From: Thalassotalea maritima
Lineage (GTDB): Bacteria; Pseudomonadota; Gammaproteobacteria; Enterobacterales; Alteromonadaceae
Reading direction: 5' to 3'
DNA length: 24,000 nt
Assembly (NCBI RefSeq): GCF_041379765.1
Contig: NZ_CP166919.1
Coordinates: 1,799,305 to 1,823,304 of the forward strand
Shown here: positions 8,481 through 17,025 of the stretch, piece after piece
Numbering within the stretch: the stretch's first letter is position 1
Layout of the letters: each line of letters starts with the position of its first letter
The notes under the pieces: model-generated
What the model saw: the letters and a program-made list of their open reading frames with translations, nothing else
The model's database searches: none
Told to the model about the DNA's origin: nothing
Program-made: the position numbers and the translations under genes

Positions 8481-8536
8481 TTTTCTCGGAAAAATTCGAT
8501 AAAACAGTTCTGCGTACAGAAACAACAAAATAAAGT

Positions 8537-8577
8537 ATGCATGAGAATAGCGATAGGCAACCACCATGCTCATGCAT
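8537..8577 (-). terminator. Probable terminator of the 8628-9308 gene
   Basis: ATGCATGAG-N23-CTCATGCAT forms a 9-bp stem. On the minus strand it is followed by ACTTTATTTTGTTGTTTC. The loop is long. Confidence 0.4.
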
Positions 8578-8627
8578 TAACGTTTTAACGCCATAGGTAT
8601 GAGTGAGGCGTAAGCATTATCACCTGA

Positions 8628-9308
8628 CTATCTTTTTTTATCGAGCGCTTGCTGAATTTCATCAAGTTGCTCAGTCGTAAACGTGCCATGCTCAAGGATA
8701 TTCGTTATGGCGGCCACCGGTGAACCGTTATCGGCGAACTTAACCACAAAGTTTTTATCGGCGTTAATGTGTTTTATAAATTTCTTTGCTTTTGCTGTGT
8801 CACCATCGGTGTCGATGTCTATGACCATCACATTATCAACATCGCCAAGTTGACTTGTCCAGGCAAATGCTTCACCTTCTTCACCTTGTTTAATAACGTG
8901 TTTATGCTTACCCATCAGCATCACTTTTTTACCATCGACCTCTTCAAGTACTGGCATATTCGTTAGTGTGCGGATCAGTAGATCTTGCGTCTCTTTTGAT
9001 AAATCGGCTACTGCTGCACGCAACTGCTCTTCATCGTGAATAGCATCTTTGGGTATTTCAAAGTTTTGCGTATTGCCATTTTCAACAACAATGACTTGGG
9101 CATAGTCACTATTGTCATTGACTATCTCCATTTTAAGCTGAACATCATCCTTTGCATGAGTAAATGACGTCGTAAACGCCAGTGTCGCTAAAATCGACGT
9201 CAACCACTTTTTACGCGAACGGCGTTGCACATAACCGGTATTATCAGACGGTTGCGTGCTTTTACTCGCCCTATTTATTGTGTTTATAGCTCTCATCGTT
9301 TTCTCCAT
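8628..9308 (-). CDS. Hypothetical secreted or periplasmic protein; start may be the second ATG at 9296
   Basis: 226 aa. A basic N-region and hydrophobic core (WLTSILATLAFTTSFTHA|KDD) resemble a signal peptide. GGAG lies 6 nt upstream of the ATG at 9294-9296. The mature part is acidic, with a DIDTDGD stretch. I do not recognise the family. Confidence 0.6.
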   Translation of the reverse strand: MEKTMRAINTINRASKSTQPSDNTGYVQRRSRKKWLTSILATLAFTTSFTHAKDDVQLKMEIVNDNSDYAQVIVVENGNTQNFEIPKDAIHDEEQLRAAVADLSKETQDLLIRTLTNMPVLEEVDGKKVMLMGKHKHVIKQGEEGEAFAWTSQLGDVDNVMVIDIDTDGDTAKAKKFIKHINADKNFVVKFADNGSPVAAITNILEHGTFTTEQLDEIQQALDKKR

Positions 9309-9518
9309 ACTAGATATTATTCGTTAAGGGATTCGCCCTACAAGGCGCTCTCTGTTTCAATCAAAGTTCGTACCAAGTTTTACTTAGTAACTAAAACTGA
9401 TCATTAATCGGCCTAACGTCAGTCACTTGGGGCTACTCGTCTAACACTATGCGAGCAAAGATTATCATCACCAAGAGCTATTCATAGGCACAATACTTTC
9501 GCAATTGCGGATAATCTA

Positions 9519-9532
9519 TCCCCATATGGGGA
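9519..9532. promoter_or_regulatory. Perfect 14-bp palindrome TCCCCATATGGGGA, candidate regulator binding site
   Basis: It is exactly self-complementary. It sits about 85 bp upstream of the sigma54-like element at 9615 and about 210-225 bp upstream of the divergent 8628-9308 gene. Confidence 0.35.
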
Positions 9533-9614
9533 AATTTACCTTTACCTAAAACGAAGCATGCTTTATATGCTATATAAGCCAATGTATTTATTAGAAAATA
9601 TAAATACTAGAAAA

Positions 9615-9629
9615 TGGCATGGATGTTGT
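9615..9629 (+). promoter_or_regulatory. Candidate sigma54 (-24/-12) promoter facing the kinase/regulator operon
   Basis: TGGCAT-GGATG-TTGT has correct GG-N10 spacing, but the -12 dinucleotide is GT instead of GC. It lies about 300 nt upstream of the kinase ATG. Confidence 0.3.
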
Positions 9630-9930
9630 TATATAACTAGGGTCTGTTGGCCGTTTCTGTATATTTTCACAGCAGGTTAGTGAGTGTTTTTAAAACGTAG
9701 GGCTTATGATGTGCGGTTATTCCACATGAATGAGTAATAACGCGGTAAACATTTTCAACAAACGCTGTCCTATGGATTCGTTTACAAGGCATTGTATCTT
9801 TGTTGCAGTTCGTTCGTATGAAATAACCCTACGGCGCTTACCGCACGTTGATTAAAGCTTTTTAATTCGAACAAAATTCATACCGAAAAGATCAAAATCC
9901 TCTAGGGAACACCATTAATAAGAGAGAACT

Positions 9931-11532
9931 ATGTCGTTACAGCGTTACCTATTTTTGCTCATTTCCACGTTAATTGTGCTCTTGATTGCTAGCCAAGTCT
10001 TGCTTCTTAATTACTTGCAAAGTAATTATCAACAGCAAGTGAACACCCAAGCAAAGAAACTATCTAAGCAAGTCATCGAGTTTGCTAGCGAACGTTTTCA
10101 AGACACCAATTTTGTCATTCGCTTAAATAACGGTACGTTAACGCCCTACCAAGCGCCGGTTATAAAACTGGATATAAGTGCTGATGAAAGTCGCAAATTT
10201 ATTGAGCTTAGAGAGCGAGTCCTAGCCCAACAAACGACACAGTTATCAGAGAATGAGGTCGTAATTCATACTGGCAACAGCAATGCATTGAATTTCGCCA
10301 TTGGCACATCACAAACCGATACAGCAATAAAGCGAATAGACGTTTCAGAACACCAGGACTCAAATCAACGCAGTCAACCGACGTCACCAACAAAGTCGGT
10401 TTATACTGGAGCACCTCTATCGCAACAAAACCACCAATACGTTACTCAAATCGATACCGATAAGGCCAACAACTATTTTTATGTAAAACAGTTTTCGCAA
10501 GTCGTCGCGCAATTGCATCAACAAGTCGATGATCCGCTGCAGCCTCAAAACGCAACCTTTGAAACCAGTTTTGTCACATCCGTGGATAACGATGACAACG
10601 GTGTATCCCATCTCGTCAGCAATATCATATATATGCTTATCCTGTCTGCTGTTGTCGCGATAAGCTTTGCATACTGGGTAAGTGATAAATTCAATCGTCC
10701 GCTAAAAGCACTGGCAACGGGTTTTGAAAATGTCGCCAACGGTAATTATCAGCATCAAGTGACACCGCAAGGCGTTGCTGAAATACGTAAGGCCATGAAC
10801 CAGTTTAACGACATGGTTCATCGTGTCGATGCGTTATCCAAAGCCCAAGTAAAACAAGAGCAGATACAACAAATTGCTGAACTTAACGAGGTATCAAAAG
10901 GCCTAGCCCATGCCTTAAGAAACCCGATACACACCATAGGCTTGAGTCTTGAGCAATTACACATCAATGACTCTGGCTCAGCAAATGACAAGCAAATGCT
11001 GTTGAATATAAAACAAAAAATAGCCCACATTAACAACACCATCAGTGCGATGTTGCGATTGACCACGACCGGTATGAGTCGAGAGCAACAAGTGCCTATA
11101 AAAGCGGTTGTACAAGACATTATCATGGAATATAAAAGTTTTGATGAAAAAGCCTTAACCTTCACTGTTGATATCGATAATCAATTACATTTACAAGGAA
11201 ATGAGTCTGAAATACGCAGTATTATCCATACCGTGCTGATCAATGCGTGTGAAGCTTCCGGCAAAAACAATGTCATCGATATAAAAGCCGAAGTTAAGGA
11301 CGATGATCTGAGCGTTTGGGTACAAGATCATGGTACAGGGATCAGTGACCACATCTTGGCCAATCTTTTTACGCCACATTGCACCAATAAACCTGAGGGT
11401 GCAGGAATGGGACTATATATCGCCAAACGCGCTATTGGAATTAATTATGGCGGCAACATCACCTTAAGCAATAATGCTAAAGGTTGTTTAGCGCATCTTC
11501 AGTTTATAAACACCACCACAGAGCACAAATAA
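9931..11532 (+). CDS. Sensor histidine kinase (two TM, periplasmic domain, HAMP, HisKA, HATPase_c)
   Basis: 533 aa. TM1 is YLFLLISTLIVLLIASQVLLL and TM2 is IIYMLILSAVVAISFAYWV. The H-box is LAHALRNPIHTI, and the G-boxes are DHGTGI and GAGMGLYIAK. Confidence 0.85.
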   Translation: MSLQRYLFLLISTLIVLLIASQVLLLNYLQSNYQQQVNTQAKKLSKQVIEFASERFQDTNFVIRLNNGTLTPYQAPVIKLDISADESRKFIELRERVLAQQTTQLSENEVVIHTGNSNALNFAIGTSQTDTAIKRIDVSEHQDSNQRSQPTSPTKSVYTGAPLSQQNHQYVTQIDTDKANNYFYVKQFSQVVAQLHQQVDDPLQPQNATFETSFVTSVDNDDNGVSHLVSNIIYMLILSAVVAISFAYWVSDKFNRPLKALATGFENVANGNYQHQVTPQGVAEIRKAMNQFNDMVHRVDALSKAQVKQEQIQQIAELNEVSKGLAHALRNPIHTIGLSLEQLHINDSGSANDKQMLLNIKQKIAHINNTISAMLRLTTTGMSREQQVPIKAVVQDIIMEYKSFDEKALTFTVDIDNQLHLQGNESEIRSIIHTVLINACEASGKNNVIDIKAEVKDDDLSVWVQDHGTGISDHILANLFTPHCTNKPEGAGMGLYIAKRAIGINYGGNITLSNNAKGCLAHLQFINTTTEHK

Positions 11533-12914
11533 TGAGCATCAATGATAATCAAACCACACAAATACTCGTAGTTGAAGATGATCCCGTACAACGACAAATT
11601 ATCGTAGAGCTATTGCAAGCATCTCAGTTTCAGGTTTTAAGTGCGGATAGTTGTGAGCAAGCGATGTTGCTGCTCAAGGATAATCATATCGATGTTGTCT
11701 TTTCAGATTGGAAGCTAGGTAATTTATCCGGTATTGATTTACTTAAGTTTTGTCGTAATCAACAAAGCGTTAAATTAACGCATGATCCAGGTTTTGTGAT
11801 CGCAACGGCACATGGCACCATCAGTCATGCGGTCGAGGCATTACAGCTCGGTGCGGACGATTATTTGGCCAAGCCATTTCAACGCCAAGAGCTATTACTC
11901 ACCATAAATAAAGCCCTTAAAGCCACACAACTTCGAGGCCAAAACAAGCACTTAAGCTCACAACTTTCAGAGCAAACGTCGTTGGTTGGCTTAGTCGGCA
12001 AAGCCAAATGCATGCAAAAAGTCTATCAGCGTATTGATCGGGTATCGCAGACTAATGCGTCAATTCTTATTCATGGCGAGACGGGGACCGGTAAAGAGCT
12101 TGCAGCTCGTGCATTGCACAGTCAATCAAATCGCTGTCATCAACCTTTTATTGCCATTAATTGTGGCGCTATTGCTGAAGATATCGCCGAAGCTGAACTA
12201 TTTGGTGCTGAAAAAGGTGCATATACAGGTGCTAACGCACTAAAAATAGGCAAGTTTGAGGCTGCTCATAACGGAACCATTTTCCTTGATGAGATCGCCG
12301 AATTACCGTTAACATTGCAGGTTAAACTGCTACGATTTCTACAAGAAGGTACCATCTGCCGTCTAGGCTCACATCAAGAAATCAGTCTTGATGTCAGGGT
12401 GATCGCTGCAACCCACCGTTCTTTGAGCGAAGAAGTAAGCAAAGGTAGATTCCGAGAAGATTTGTTCTATCGTTTAAATGTGGTACCGATCACCATGCCA
12501 GCGTTGCGTGAGCGCCAAGAAGATATCCCCCTGCTGGCAGAGCACTTTATAAAACAACATGCAAAAAATCACAAATTACCAACCTTGACACTGTCACCTA
12601 ATGCCATGCGTTTTCTCCTCGATTATCACTGGCCAGGAAATGTACGGGAGCTATCAAATCGCTTAGAACGTTATCTGCTGCTTGATGATGAACGTGAACT
12701 CATTATCACCGCAAATAATCTAGCAAACACAACAATCCCCTTACCTGAATTACGCTTTCCTGATTCGGGCTTTGTTTGGGATGAATTTGAAAAATATTGT
12801 TTATCACAAGCACTCAGTAAATGTCGTGGCAATAAGACTAATGCAGCTAAATTCTTACATATGTCGTATAAAGCTTTTTTATATCGACTAGATAAATATC
12901 AGCTAACCTCTTAA
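11532..12914 (+). CDS. Sigma54-dependent response regulator (NtrC family: REC + AAA+ + Fis-type HTH)
   Basis: The start is taken at the ATG overlapping the kinase stop (TAATG), giving MSINDNQTTQILVVEDD. The track ORF from 11484 is an in-frame upstream extension inside the kinase gene. Walker A is GETGTGKE, the sigma54-contact loop is GAYTGA (GAFTGA variant), and the C-terminal HTH is NKTNAAKFLHMSYKAFLYRL. Confidence 0.9.
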   Translation: MSINDNQTTQILVVEDDPVQRQIIVELLQASQFQVLSADSCEQAMLLLKDNHIDVVFSDWKLGNLSGIDLLKFCRNQQSVKLTHDPGFVIATAHGTISHAVEALQLGADDYLAKPFQRQELLLTINKALKATQLRGQNKHLSSQLSEQTSLVGLVGKAKCMQKVYQRIDRVSQTNASILIHGETGTGKELAARALHSQSNRCHQPFIAINCGAIAEDIAEAELFGAEKGAYTGANALKIGKFEAAHNGTIFLDEIAELPLTLQVKLLRFLQEGTICRLGSHQEISLDVRVIAATHRSLSEEVSKGRFREDLFYRLNVVPITMPALRERQEDIPLLAEHFIKQHAKNHKLPTLTLSPNAMRFLLDYHWPGNVRELSNRLERYLLLDDERELIITANNLANTTIPLPELRFPDSGFVWDEFEKYCLSQALSKCRGNKTNAAKFLHMSYKAFLYRLDKYQLTS

Positions 12915-13011
12915 TAAATGAAGATAAAACGCTACAGCCCTTATATAACAAGCAATACAGCGATATTTAACCTATGCTTAAAGATGACTCAACGGTCGTA
13001 TTGGAGGGTGT

Positions 13012-13218
13012 ATGGGGTCAATTTGGATTCACCATGCTGAGCGGTTACACAGTATACTTAATGCGAATGATGAACTTCAAGCGCACTTATATTTGGAGCA
13101 ATTAATGCTGTTTCCTGTCGATATACAAGACAAGATCATCGAGGATATCTCAAACTTAGCAACCTGCAATAACGAAGACATTGCTAAAATCATCGCTTTT
13201 TATGTCAGCCGAGCATAA
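13012..13218 (+). CDS. Hypothetical small acidic protein (68 aa)
   Basis: GGAGG lies 4 nt upstream of the ATG and the ORF is not overlapped by other genes. I see no recognisable motif. Confidence 0.4.
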   Translation: MGSIWIHHAERLHSILNANDELQAHLYLEQLMLFPVDIQDKIIEDISNLATCNNEDIAKIIAFYVSRA

Positions 13219-13261
13219 AAGGTACTATACCCACACTCGGCGCATAAGATAAAGTTATCAC

Positions 13262-13292
13262 GGCAAGGTCAGAGTAGGTGCCCTTGCCTACT
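13262..13292. terminator. Hairpin between the convergent small ORF and uvrB
   Basis: Alternative stems are GGCAAGG/CCTTGCC and AGTAGG/CCTACT, lying between the two stop codons (13218 and 13300). Confidence 0.35.
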
Positions 13293-13299
13293 CAAATAG

Positions 13300-15303
13300 T
13301 TAGCTCACCAGTTGCTTATCGCGCAATTTAGCGATTTTGTCACGACATGCCGCGGCCTGTTCAAATTCTAAATTTCGCGCGTGTTCGAACATCTCATTTT
13401 CCAAACGTGCTACCTGTTTATCGATTTCGTCTGTTGATAAGTATTCCATATCCGCTTTCGGAGCAGCCACCTGCCCCAACGCTCTATCAGGCTTCACCGA
13501 CGTATCAACGCCCATAACATCGGCAATTTTCTTAACCAAGCCTTTAGGTGTAATACCATGGGCCACATTAAAGTTATGCTGTTTTTGTCGGCGTCGTTCT
13601 GTTTCATCGATGGCGCGCTTCATGGAACCGGTGATCCTATCCGCGTATAAAATTGCCCGACCGGTTAAGTTACGAGCAGCACGACCTATGGTTTGAATAA
13701 GCGAGCGTTCAGAACGCAAGAAGCCTTCTTTATCCGCGTCAAGAATGGCTACCAGGGAGACTTCGGGCATATCTAAGCCCTCTCGCAATAAGTTAATACC
13801 GATCAGTACGTCAAATTTACCCAACCGTAAATCACGAATAATTTCCATTCGCTCAACGGTATCGACGTCCGAATGCAAGTAACGGGTGGCAACACCATGT
13901 TCCGTTAAATAATCGGTTAAATCTTCAGCCATACGCTTAGTCAATGTCGTCGCTAAAACGCGCTCGTTACGTTCAACACGTATGCGAATTTCACTGAGTA
14001 AATCATCTACCTGCGTTTCCACTGGACGAACTTCAATTTCTGGGTCTAATAATCCCGTTGGCCGTACAACCTGTTCGGCCACTTCATCACCGCTTTTCTC
14101 CAGTTCGTAATCACTTGGCGTCGCCGAGACATAAATGGTTTGTGGGGCTAACGCAGTAAATTCATCAAACTTCATCGGTCGGTTATCAAGCGCGCTAGGT
14201 AATCTGAAGCCATACTCCACCAAGTTCTCTTTACGAGAACGATCGCCTTTATACATTGCTCCAAGCTGCGGAACAGTGACATGCGACTCGTCAATGATAA
14301 GTAGACCATCATCAGGCAGGTAATCGAATAACGTCGGTGGCGCGTCACCGGGTTCGCGTCCAGACAAATACCTAGAGTAGTTTTCAATACCCGAGCAATA
14401 ACCAAGCTCTGTCATCATTTCGATATCGAACTGGGTACGTTGAACAATACGTTGCTCTTCGACTAGGCGGTTATTCTCTTTAAGTTGCTGCGCTCGCTCT
14501 TTTAACTCAATTTTAATTTGTTCAACCGCTGCCAATATACGTTCACGCGGCGTCGCGTAGTGGGTTTTAGGGTAAACGGTAACCCTTGGCAACACATTTT
14601 CAATTTCACCGGTGAGCGGATCAAATTGGCTAATACGTTCAACTTCCTCGTCAAATAACTCGACGCGTAAGGCCAAACGATCAGATTCCGCAGGAAAAAT
14701 ATCAATCACATCACCGCGCACCCGATACGTTGCTCGCTGAAATGCGACATCGTTACGCGTATATTGCAACTCTGCTAGTCGACGCAGAATATCACGCTGA
14801 TTAATGATGTCGCCTTGCCTTAAATGCAACATCATTTTTAAATAAGAATCTGGATCACCCAAACCATAAATCGCCGAAACCGAGGCGATGATGATCACAT
14901 CACGACGCTCCATCAGTGCTTTGGTTGCTGACAACCGCATTTGTTCTATGTGATCGTTAATCGACGCATCTTTCTCTATAAAGGTATCGGTCGTTGGCAC
15001 ATAGGCTTCCGGCTGGTAGTAATCATAATAAGAAACAAAATACTCCACCGCGTTATGCGGAAAGAACTCTTTCATCTCACCGTACAACTGCGCCGCTAAC
15101 GTTTTATTGGGCGCTAAAATCATCGTCGGGCGATTTTGTTTGGCGATCACATTAGCCACAGTAAAGGTTTTACCCGACCCTGTTACCCCTAATAGGGTTT
15201 GATGAGCAAGGCCAGCATCTAAGCCATCAAGCAATTGAGTAATGGCTGTCGGCTGATCGCCACTGGGTTGATAATCTGATACAAGTTGAAAATCTTTACT
15301 CAT
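13300..15303 (-). CDS. uvrB: Excinuclease ABC subunit B
   Basis: 667 aa. Walker A is GVTGSGKT and the DEAD-like box is IIDESHVT. The beta-hairpin region [13 protein letters not shown] is present, as is a C-terminal UVR domain ([16 protein letters not shown]). Confidence 0.95.
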   Translation of the reverse strand: MSKDFQLVSDYQPSGDQPTAITQLLDGLDAGLAHQTLLGVTGSGKTFTVANVIAKQNRPTMILAPNKTLAAQLYGEMKEFFPHNAVEYFVSYYDYYQPEAYVPTTDTFIEKDASINDHIEQMRLSATKALMERRDVIIIASVSAIYGLGDPDSYLKMMLHLRQGDIINQRDILRRLAELQYTRNDVAFQRATYRVRGDVIDIFPAESDRLALRVELFDEEVERISQFDPLTGEIENVLPRVTVYPKTHYATPRERILAAVEQIKIELKERAQQLKENNRLVEEQRIVQRTQFDIEMMTELGYCSGIENYSRYLSGREPGDAPPTLFDYLPDDGLLIIDESHVTVPQLGAMYKGDRSRKENLVEYGFRLPSALDNRPMKFDEFTALAPQTIYVSATPSDYELEKSGDEVAEQVVRPTGLLDPEIEVRPVETQVDDLLSEIRIRVERNERVLATTLTKRMAEDLTDYLTEHGVATRYLHSDVDTVERMEIIRDLRLGKFDVLIGINLLREGLDMPEVSLVAILDADKEGFLRSERSLIQTIGRAARNLTGRAILYADRITGSMKRAIDETERRRQKQHNFNVAHGITPKGLVKKIADVMGVDTSVKPDRALGQVAAPKADMEYLSTDEIDKQVARLENEMFEHARNLEFEQAAACRDKIAKLRDKQLVS

Positions 15304-15312
15304 TTGCCCCTC

Positions 15313-16692
15313 CTAGACACTCGATGCTAATGATTTATCGCTGTCAAATTGTTTGCGAAACATAACATAAGACACGATAGCCATACATAAATTACCCACT
15401 ACAGCGCCAACAAATAAGCCTGTAAGATCAAACAGCACGCTACCTAAATAAGCAAGTGGAACATAAAATATAAATAAACGTAATACCGACAGCACCAGTG
15501 CCATCATAGGCTTGTGTAACGCATTAAAAGACGAGTTAGTTAAAATAATAATACCTTGTAAGCCATAACCGAGCGGTAATATCCATATAAACAACTTGAT
15601 CATATCCGCCACAGCCTGCTCTTTAGCAAACGCGGCGGCAATCAGTGGTGCTGTAGCCAGTAACACAAGATAGATACCGAATTGCCAAATCATCACAAAG
15701 CGGATAGATACTCGATACGCCTCTTCAACACGATGCAACTTTTCTGCACCAAAATTTTGGCTAATAAATGGTGGTAATGTCATCGACATAGCTAGCACCA
15801 CTAAGCAAGCGATTGACTCTATACGTGAACCCACACCAAATGCCGCCACCGCCGACTCGCCATAACCTGCGACAATTGCCGTCATAATCGCCGCGGCAAT
15901 GGGTGTTAACATATTTGCCCCAGCCGCAGGTAAACCGATTTTCAATATTTGGCGAGTCGAGTCTGTCACTATCGCAATGGATGGTAACGTTAAATGAATA
16001 AGCTGACGCTTCACCCCCAATATATAGGTAATAAACACTAAACCAAAAGCCCATGACACGAGAGTGGCAATTGCTGCTCCCTTAATACCCATCGCAGGTA
16101 TTGGCCCAAGGCCAAAGATAAAAAGCGGATCAAGAACGGCATTAATTAACCCAGCCGCACCCATAATCATACTCGGGGTATGGGTATCACCGGAGGCTCG
16201 CAACACCGCATTACCTATCATAGGTCCGACCAAGCCGACACTACCTAAAAACCATAAATCCATATATTGATGAATAAGTGGCAATAAATCAGTCTTTGCA
16301 CCCAGTAGAGTAAATATTTGCTCGGAAAAAGCGTAACCCAATAAAGATAAGACAATGACGATTAAGGAAGAGACAAGTAACGCCACGGTAGCAACATCAC
16401 GTGCTTCATCTTTATTGCCTTTACCAAGCGTTTTGGCAATGACCGCTGATGTGCCAATCCCAAGTCCTATTGCCATGCTAATCACGGTAAAGGTAATTGG
16501 AAAGGTAAAGCTGATCGCCGCTAACGGCGCGGTACCCAATAAACTAACGAAAAACGTATCAACTAAGTTGAACGTCATTAACAAAATCATGCCCCAAATC
16601 ATGGGTACGGTCATTTGCTTTAACGTCAGGCTCACAGAGCCGTTAAGCAAATCACGTTGCCTTCGTTTATTTTTATCGGTTTGTTTGGTCAT
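15313..16692 (-). CDS. MATE-family efflux transporter
   Basis: About 459 aa from the ATG at 16690-16692 (MTKQTDKNKRRQRDLLNGSV...), with 12 predicted TM segments and MATE-like N-terminal organisation. The track ORF extends 24 codons further upstream. The stop lies 9 nt before the uvrB ATG. Confidence 0.8.
   Translation of the reverse strand: MTKQTDKNKRRQRDLLNGSVSLTLKQMTVPMIWGMILLMTFNLVDTFFVSLLGTAPLAAISFTFPITFTVISMAIGLGIGTSAVIAKTLGKGNKDEARDVATVALLVSSLIVIVLSLLGYAFSEQIFTLLGAKTDLLPLIHQYMDLWFLGSVGLVGPMIGNAVLRASGDTHTPSMIMGAAGLINAVLDPLFIFGLGPIPAMGIKGAAIATLVSWAFGLVFITYILGVKRQLIHLTLPSIAIVTDSTRQILKIGLPAAGANMLTPIAAAIMTAIVAGYGESAVAAFGVGSRIESIACLVVLAMSMTLPPFISQNFGAEKLHRVEEAYRVSIRFVMIWQFGIYLVLLATAPLIAAAFAKEQAVADMIKLFIWILPLGYGLQGIIILTNSSFNALHKPMMALVLSVLRLFIFYVPLAYLGSVLFDLTGLFVGAVVGNLCMAIVSYVMFRKQFDSDKSLASSV
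15420..15435. promoter_or_regulatory. LexA-box core CTGT-N8-ACAG inside the MATE 3' end, 117-132 nt upstream of the uvrB ATG
   Basis: CTGTAAGATCAAACAG. uvrB is a canonical SOS gene, and the 9-nt intergenic gap leaves no other room for an operator. Confidence 0.5.
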
Positions 16693-17025
16693 GAAATGCT
16701 GTAACCAGATGAGAAAAGTACCAAGATGGTTATTGTAAAAGATTGTGATTGTTGTGGCTAACAAAAATCACCGTTCTACCCTTTACTATGAACCATAACA
16801 CCTAATATTTACATAAATCATGGCAAACCCATACAAGTCCCAAACGTAAAGTAGTTAATTAAATTTTATCGAAAGGTGACAAAATCGCCACTTTGTAACA
16901 AAAAACAGCAAAGCCACTGTAATACATTGATTTTAAAGTACATTAAAATTAAAGAGGATAAACTTGATATTTATAAACACCAATAAAAACAATAGGATAG
17001 GATTAGCGCCCGCTTATATTCACAT

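Larger units (their letters stand above)
6700..8500 (-). mobile_element. IS200/IS605-family insertion sequence, IS605-type divergent tnpA/tnpB arrangement; ends approximate
   Basis: A Y1-transposase ORF and a TnpB ORF are divergent and 38 nt apart. They are flanked by the same 32-nt hairpin-forming sequence in direct orientation at 6720-6751 and 8449-8480. No terminal inverted repeats are present, as expected for this family. Confidence 0.8.

Noticed and set aside
8340-8588. The 82-aa ORF spanning the tnpA 3' end and the left-end hairpin, and the 60-aa ORFs at 9225-9407 and 19211-19393.
   Set aside because: They overlap better-supported features or lie in regulatory DNA. They lack ribosome-binding sites and have low-complexity or odd composition, so they are probably spurious.
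9615-9700. A Qrr-like sigma54-dependent sRNA, suggested by layout. The arrangement of regulator, small ORF and uvrB loosely recalls my memory of qrr1-luxO-luxU near uvrB in Vibrio. GGTTAGTGAGTG faintly resembles the Qrr core GTTGTTAGTGAA.
   Set aside because: The conserved Qrr core (GGGTCACCTAGCCAACTGACGTTGTTAGTGAA as recalled) is not present. No 5' stem-loop or intrinsic terminator is seen. The candidate promoter is co-oriented with the operon rather than divergent from it. The regulator is preceded by its own kinase, and the small ORF has no Hpt features.
13337-13696. Antisense or overlapping ORFs inside well-supported genes. Examples: 13337-13696, 14135-14323, 14172-14405 and 14502-14705 in uvrB. 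Also 16064-16270, 16355-16738 and 15761-16054 in the MATE gene. Also 539-808 and 1135-1320 in dinG, and 2481-2729, 2835-3056 and 3216-3461 around the TSUP gene. Also 10208-11379 in the kinase, 22715-23041 in ccoO, and 19666-19929 in the LysE gene.
   Set aside because: All are fully embedded in, or antisense to, strongly supported conserved CDSs. They have atypical composition (Ser/Arg/Cys-rich shadow frames) and no SD sequences.
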